Assembly (NCBI RefSeq): GCF_044324785.1
Contig: NZ_CP172127.1
Reading direction: 5' to 3' (one strand)
Source of the DNA: Escherichia coli
Lineage (GTDB): Bacteria; Pseudomonadota; Gammaproteobacteria; Enterobacterales; Enterobacteriaceae
Length of the DNA stretch: 64,000 nucleotides
A model generated the notes under the pieces. The model saw nothing but the letters and a program-made list of their open reading frames with translations. It ran no database searches and had not been told where the DNA came from. The translations under genes were made by a program, and so were the position numbers. Positions 60,407 to 64,000 of this stretch are shown one piece after another (the stretch's first letter is position 1; the number at the start of each line of letters is the position of its first letter).

Positions 60407-60760
60407 TCAGCGGCGACGGTTAACGGCAGGCGGTACGCCCCGTCCAAGCCAGAGATGACAACTTCCGCCATCATCCGGCGAAACCCGATCTACCCAGAAA
60501 TTTTCCTCACCGATGGTCAGCGTGTCTCCACGCCGCAGCTGCCGCACCTCATCAGTCCGGACAAACAGGGACGGGCTGGAGCCTTCAACGCGCACGCCCT
60601 GTCCGGCATAGCTGATATTTTCAGGGTCATCAAAAACACCACGTATCACCGCACCTGACTGCTCACCGGATGTAATGGTGGCTGACGTTCCCATGTACCC
60701 GCGTATCGTTTCATCGGCGCGGGCAATGGCAGCATCGAACAGGTTATCGAAATCAGCCAC
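60407..60760 (-). CDS. FII: Head-tail joining protein FII
   Basis: 117 aa, MADFDNLFDAAIARADETIRGYMG..., in lambda order and of lambda size. Confidence 0.92.
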   Translation of the reverse strand: MADFDNLFDAAIARADETIRGYMGTSATITSGEQSGAVIRGVFDDPENISYAGQGVRVEGSSPSLFVRTDEVRQLRRGDTLTIGEENFWVDRVSPDDGGSCHLWLGRGVPPAVNRRR

Positions 60761-60771
60761 AGCGCCTCCCG

Positions 60772-61170
60772 TTATTGCATTCTGGCCAGGCCGCGCTCTG
60801 TCATTTCGGCTGCCACACCGGCAGAGACACGAAACGCCGTTCCCGGCAGCACAAATGCCACAGGTTCATCCCGCGTGGCGTGAAGTGCATCAGTATGCAG
60901 CTTCACCAGTGCCACGACCGTGACCAGTTCAGACGTATCCAGAATCACGGTATCCGGCTGCGCTGATCCCACCTCATTTTCATGTCCGGTCAGCACATTT
61001 TCCCGGCTGAGAGGGGTGTCCTGACCGGCAGTTTCATCCGTGTCATCAAGCTCCTCTTTCAGCTCTGCCACACGGAGCGCCAGTTCTTCTTTCGTCCCCG
61101 TCAGGCTGACATCACGGTTCAGTTGTTCACCCAGCGAGCGGAGACGGGCAATCAGTTCATCTTTCGTCAT
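60772..61170 (-). CDS. FI: DNA-packaging accessory protein FI
   Basis: ATG at 61170 (GGAGG SD) gives MTKDELIARLRSLGEQLNRDVSLTG... (132 aa). Confidence 0.92.
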   Translation of the reverse strand: MTKDELIARLRSLGEQLNRDVSLTGTKEELALRVAELKEELDDTDETAGQDTPLSRENVLTGHENEVGSAQPDTVILDTSELVTVVALVKLHTDALHATRDEPVAFVLPGTAFRVSAGVAAEMTERGLARMQ

Positions 61171-61211
61171 GGACTCCTCCACAGAGAAACAATGGCCCCG
61201 AAGGGCCATGA

Positions 61212-62237
61212 TTACGCCAGTTGTACGGACACGAACTCATCAGGGTCAGCCAGCAGCATCAGCGGTGCTGACTGAATCATGGTGAACTCACGCGCCGGAT
61301 CGCCGGTGGTCACCCAGTTTTTCGGGTAACGGGCAGAGGCGTTAATGCCTTCGCGCTGTGCGTCCGCATCCTGAATGCAGCCATAGGTGCGCAGACCGCG
61401 TGCCTGAGTGTTCCCCAGCACCATCGTGTTGTCCGGCAGGAAGTTCTTTTTGACGCCGTTTTCCACGTACTGTCCGGAATACACGACGATGGCCACATCG
61501 CCATACATCCCCTTATAGGACACCGCTTTGCCCAGGTCTTTCACCGCTGTCTCCAGCTCGGAATTAGAGCCACGACGGGTATCCAGCTTCTCCTTGACGG
61601 CTTTGAAGGAACGGAACAGCGCCCAGCCTTTCGGATCGAACACGATGATATTCACCACACCGCTGGCGTTCAGCGCGTAGGCTTCGATATCGTCGGTCGG
61701 GTCATACGTGGACTTGTCACGCTTGCTCCACTCCGTGCCGCCGGACTGCGTGATGTTATTCTCCTCACTGCGGCCCATATCCACCTCAACCGGATCGAAG
61801 GCTTCACCGGTCATGGTGTATTTGCCCTTAAGCACGGCAGAAACTGCCTGCATCTCTTCGACCTGAGCAATGGCCAGCTCTTCGTCACGCATGTTCTGCA
61901 TGATGATGCGACGGCGGCGGTAAGCCGGGTCCGCCAGATTCTGCGGATCTTCATCCGGCAGGCGACGCAGGGTCATCTGCGGATTCACTTCATGCTTCGG
62001 CTTGACATATCCCGGCGTAAATTCAGAGGTGGAGCCGCCACGGGAACGGATAACCTCACCGGAAACAATCGGCGAAACGTACAGCGCCATGTTTACCAGT
62101 CCCGGAATTTGTGAGAGATAGACTTTCTCCGTGGTGAAGGGATAGCTCTCACGGAAAAAGAGACGCAGAAACAGCGGATCAAACTTAAATTTCTGCTCAT
62201 TTGCCGCCAGCAGTTGGGCGGTTGTGTACATCGACAT
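61212..62237 (-). CDS. E: Major capsid protein E (HK97 fold)
   Basis: ATG at 62237 gives MSMYTTAQLLAANEQKFKFDPLFLRLFFRESYPF... (341 aa), recognisable as lambda E. Confidence 0.95.
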   Translation of the reverse strand: MSMYTTAQLLAANEQKFKFDPLFLRLFFRESYPFTTEKVYLSQIPGLVNMALYVSPIVSGEVIRSRGGSTSEFTPGYVKPKHEVNPQMTLRRLPDEDPQNLADPAYRRRRIIMQNMRDEELAIAQVEEMQAVSAVLKGKYTMTGEAFDPVEVDMGRSEENNITQSGGTEWSKRDKSTYDPTDDIEAYALNASGVVNIIVFDPKGWALFRSFKAVKEKLDTRRGSNSELETAVKDLGKAVSYKGMYGDVAIVVYSGQYVENGVKKNFLPDNTMVLGNTQARGLRTYGCIQDADAQREGINASARYPKNWVTTGDPAREFTMIQSAPLMLLADPDEFVSVQLA

Positions 62238-62292
62238 AAAAAAATCCCGTAAAAAAAGCCGCACAGGCGGCCTTTAGTGATGAAGGGTAAAG

Positions 62293-62625
62293 TTAAACGA
62301 TGCTGATTGCCGTTCCGGCAAACGCGGTCCGTTTTTTCGTCTCGTCGCTGGCAGCCTCCGGCCAGAGCACATCCTCATAACGGAACGTGCCGGACTTGTA
62401 GAACGTCAGCGTGGTGCTGGTCTGGTCAGCAGCAACCGCAAGAATGCCAACGGCAGCACCGTCGGTGGTGCCATCCCACGCAACCAGCTTACGGCTGGAG
62501 GTGTCCAGCATCAGCGGGGTCATTGCAGGCGCTTTCGCACTCAATCCGCCGGGCGCGGTTGCGGTATGAGCCGGGTCACTGTTGCCCTGCGGCTGGTAAT
62601 GGGTAAAGGTTTCTTTGCTCGTCAT
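62293..62625 (-). CDS. D: Capsid decoration protein D
   Basis: ATG at 62625 gives [33 protein letters not shown]... (110 aa), recognisable as lambda D. Confidence 0.95.
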
Positions 62626-62634
62626 AAACATCCC

Positions 62635-63240
62635 TTACACTGGTGTGTTCAGCAAATCGTTAACGGCATCAGATGCCGGGTTACCTGCAGCCAGCGGTGC
62701 CGGTGCCCCCTGCATCAGACGATCCAGCGCAGTGTCACTGCGCGCCTGTGCACTCTGTGGTGCTGCGGCCAGAATGCGGCGGGCCGTTTTCACGGTCATA
62801 CCGGGGGTTTCTGCCAGCACGCGTGCCTGTTCTTCGCGTCCGTGAGCCTCCTCACAGTTGAGGATCCCCATAATGCGGCTGTTTTCTGCCGCAACCGCTG
62901 CGGTGATCTGCGCGTTCACGTCCGGCTGCGCCGCGCTGGCGTTCTCGCCCTCCGTCGCTGGCACCACGTCAGTAACGTCAGCCTGCGAAGCAGTGGCTGA
63001 AACAGTTGTTGATTGAGTCTCTTTGGTCATTCGCCCTCCTGAGAGACGGGATTTACGTGCAACCAGTGCATCACGCATGACGGTGATCGCATCGGTGCTG
63101 TTAACAAGTTCATCAGCCAGTCCGGCATCAATGGCCTCCTGACCGCTGTACACTGCAGCCTCGGTATCCAGCACAGCCTGCACGGACAGGCCGGTATATG
63201 CCGACACCTTCTGCGCAAACATCTGGCGGGTTGCGTCCAT
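62635..63240 (-). CDS. Nu3: Scaffolding protein Nu3 (nested in-frame in C)
   Basis: The internal ATG at 63240 gives MDATRQMFAQKVSAY... (201 aa), co-terminal with C as in lambda. Confidence 0.75.
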   Translation of the reverse strand: MDATRQMFAQKVSAYTGLSVQAVLDTEAAVYSGQEAIDAGLADELVNSTDAITVMRDALVARKSRLSGGRMTKETQSTTVSATASQADVTDVVPATEGENASAAQPDVNAQITAAVAAENSRIMGILNCEEAHGREEQARVLAETPGMTVKTARRILAAAPQSAQARSDTALDRLMQGAPAPLAAGNPASDAVNDLLNTPV

Positions 63241-63954
63241 CCGGGACTGCAGTGTCTCCCGGACGTCATCCGGAAGATGGCTGTAGGGGTTGCCATCCAC
63301 CTTATGGCTGCCGCTGTAAATCAGCGTGATTTCCACACCCTGTTTCTCCAGCGCAGCACCGTAATTACTGTGAGCCATCATGACGCCGATGGAGCCTGTC
63401 CGGGCGGTCTGCGTGACCAGACGCCGGGAGGCGGCACTGGCAAGCAACTGACCTGCACTGCAGTTCATGTCGTTGGCAAGCGCCCATACCGGTTTTATGT
63501 CACGCACACGGGCGATGATGTCAGCGCAGTCAAATGCCCCCGCCACCATCCCGCCGGGCGTGTCCATATCGAGCAGAATGCCGTCCACCATCGGATCGCT
63601 GGCAGCCTGTTGCAGACGGGCGATAATGCCGTTGTAACCGGTCATCCCCGAGTACGGCTGCAGCGCCCGCGTCCGGCTGACCAGCGTGCCGGACACCGGC
63701 AGCACGGCGATGCCGTTCATGACCTGATAACTGCGGGCCTGTCGTGGTCCGTCATCATCACCGGATAATGCCAGCGTCGCGAGTGCCTCCTGGGCAGTCA
63801 GGCTGTCGCCGGACACCGCATCCGTCAGGCTGCTGATCCCAAGCTGGCCTGCAAGCGCACAAAAGAAAACCCGCGCATAGGCGGGTTCAAGCATCAGCGG
63901 CTCATTAAAGGCCATGCTGGCAATATGCGGGAGATTACGCAGCTCTGCTGTCAC
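62635..63954 (-). CDS. C: Capsid assembly protease C (ClpP/S49 family)
   Basis: GTG at 63954 (GAGGAGGAG SD) gives (M)TAELRNLPHIASMAFNEPLMLEPAYARVFF... (439 aa), recognisable as lambda C. Confidence 0.92.
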   Translation of the reverse strand: MTAELRNLPHIASMAFNEPLMLEPAYARVFFCALAGQLGISSLTDAVSGDSLTAQEALATLALSGDDDGPRQARSYQVMNGIAVLPVSGTLVSRTRALQPYSGMTGYNGIIARLQQAASDPMVDGILLDMDTPGGMVAGAFDCADIIARVRDIKPVWALANDMNCSAGQLLASAASRRLVTQTARTGSIGVMMAHSNYGAALEKQGVEITLIYSGSHKVDGNPYSHLPDDVRETLQSRMDATRQMFAQKVSAYTGLSVQAVLDTEAAVYSGQEAIDAGLADELVNSTDAITVMRDALVARKSRLSGGRMTKETQSTTVSATASQADVTDVVPATEGENASAAQPDVNAQITAAVAAENSRIMGILNCEEAHGREEQARVLAETPGMTVKTARRILAAAPQSAQARSDTALDRLMQGAPAPLAAGNPASDAVNDLLNTPV

Positions 63955-64000
63955 TCTTCTCCTCCTCTGTTGATTGTCGCAGCCCGGATTCAAATGCTGC
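63935..64000 (-). CDS. B: Portal protein B, C-terminal 21 codons (rest outside window)
   Basis: The frame reads ...AAFESGLRQSTEEEKSDSRAA* with a stop at 63935-63937. It overlaps the C start by 20 nt, as in lambda. Confidence 0.7.
   Translation of the reverse strand, partial: AAFESGLRQSTEEEKSDSRAA

Larger units (their letters stand above)
39625..64000. mobile_element. Lambdoid prophage, right arm (cargo genes plus the lambda-type late morphogenesis operon); continues beyond the window
   Basis: Bounded on the left by the argU 3'-half repeat. It contains ompT (prophage cargo in K-12 DLP12) and a complete lambda-order set tfa...B on the minus strand. Confidence 0.88.

Overview
E. coli-type chromosomal segment, in reverse of the K-12 map order as I recall it. 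The conserved backbone is fepA'-entD-hokE-ybdK-ybdJ-ybdF-nfsB-ybdG-pheP-cusABFC/cusRS, then nfrB-nfrA-ybcH-envY-pauD-ompT. Two accessory blocks interrupt or extend it. (1) A ~16 kb type VI secretion effector island (16309-32315) lies between cusS and nfrB. It holds vgrG, a DUF1795/Eag chaperone, and a 1620-aa prePAAR/PAAR-Rhs effector. The C-terminal toxin domain (CT) of that effector carries a minimal nucleotidyltransferase signature and has an overlapping immunity gene. An orphan array follows: a PAAR fragment, two decayed toxin stubs that keep intact immunity genes, a 5'-truncated rhs core with a different intact CT plus immunity gene, further rhs scraps, and two ISEc1 (H-repeat, ISAs1-family) copies. 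No T6SS core genes are in the window. (2) From the argU-derived pseudo-tRNA pauD (39580-39624) to the window end lies the right arm of a lambda-like prophage. It starts with cargo genes on the opposite strand to the late operon: ompT, a SAM methyltransferase and a yciG-yciF-yciE-katN-like stress/Mn-catalase operon. Then comes an apparently intact lambda-type late region (tfa, stf, lom, J, I, K, L, M, H, T/G, V, U, Z, FII, FI, E, D, C/Nu3, B'). The best novelty candidates are the Rhs NTase-type toxin/immunity pair, the uncharacterised orphan Rhs CT/immunity pair, and the prophage cargo operon. No rRNA, intact tRNA or CRISPR array was found. All homology statements rest on reading the translated ORFs and on memory of the protein families; no searches were run.
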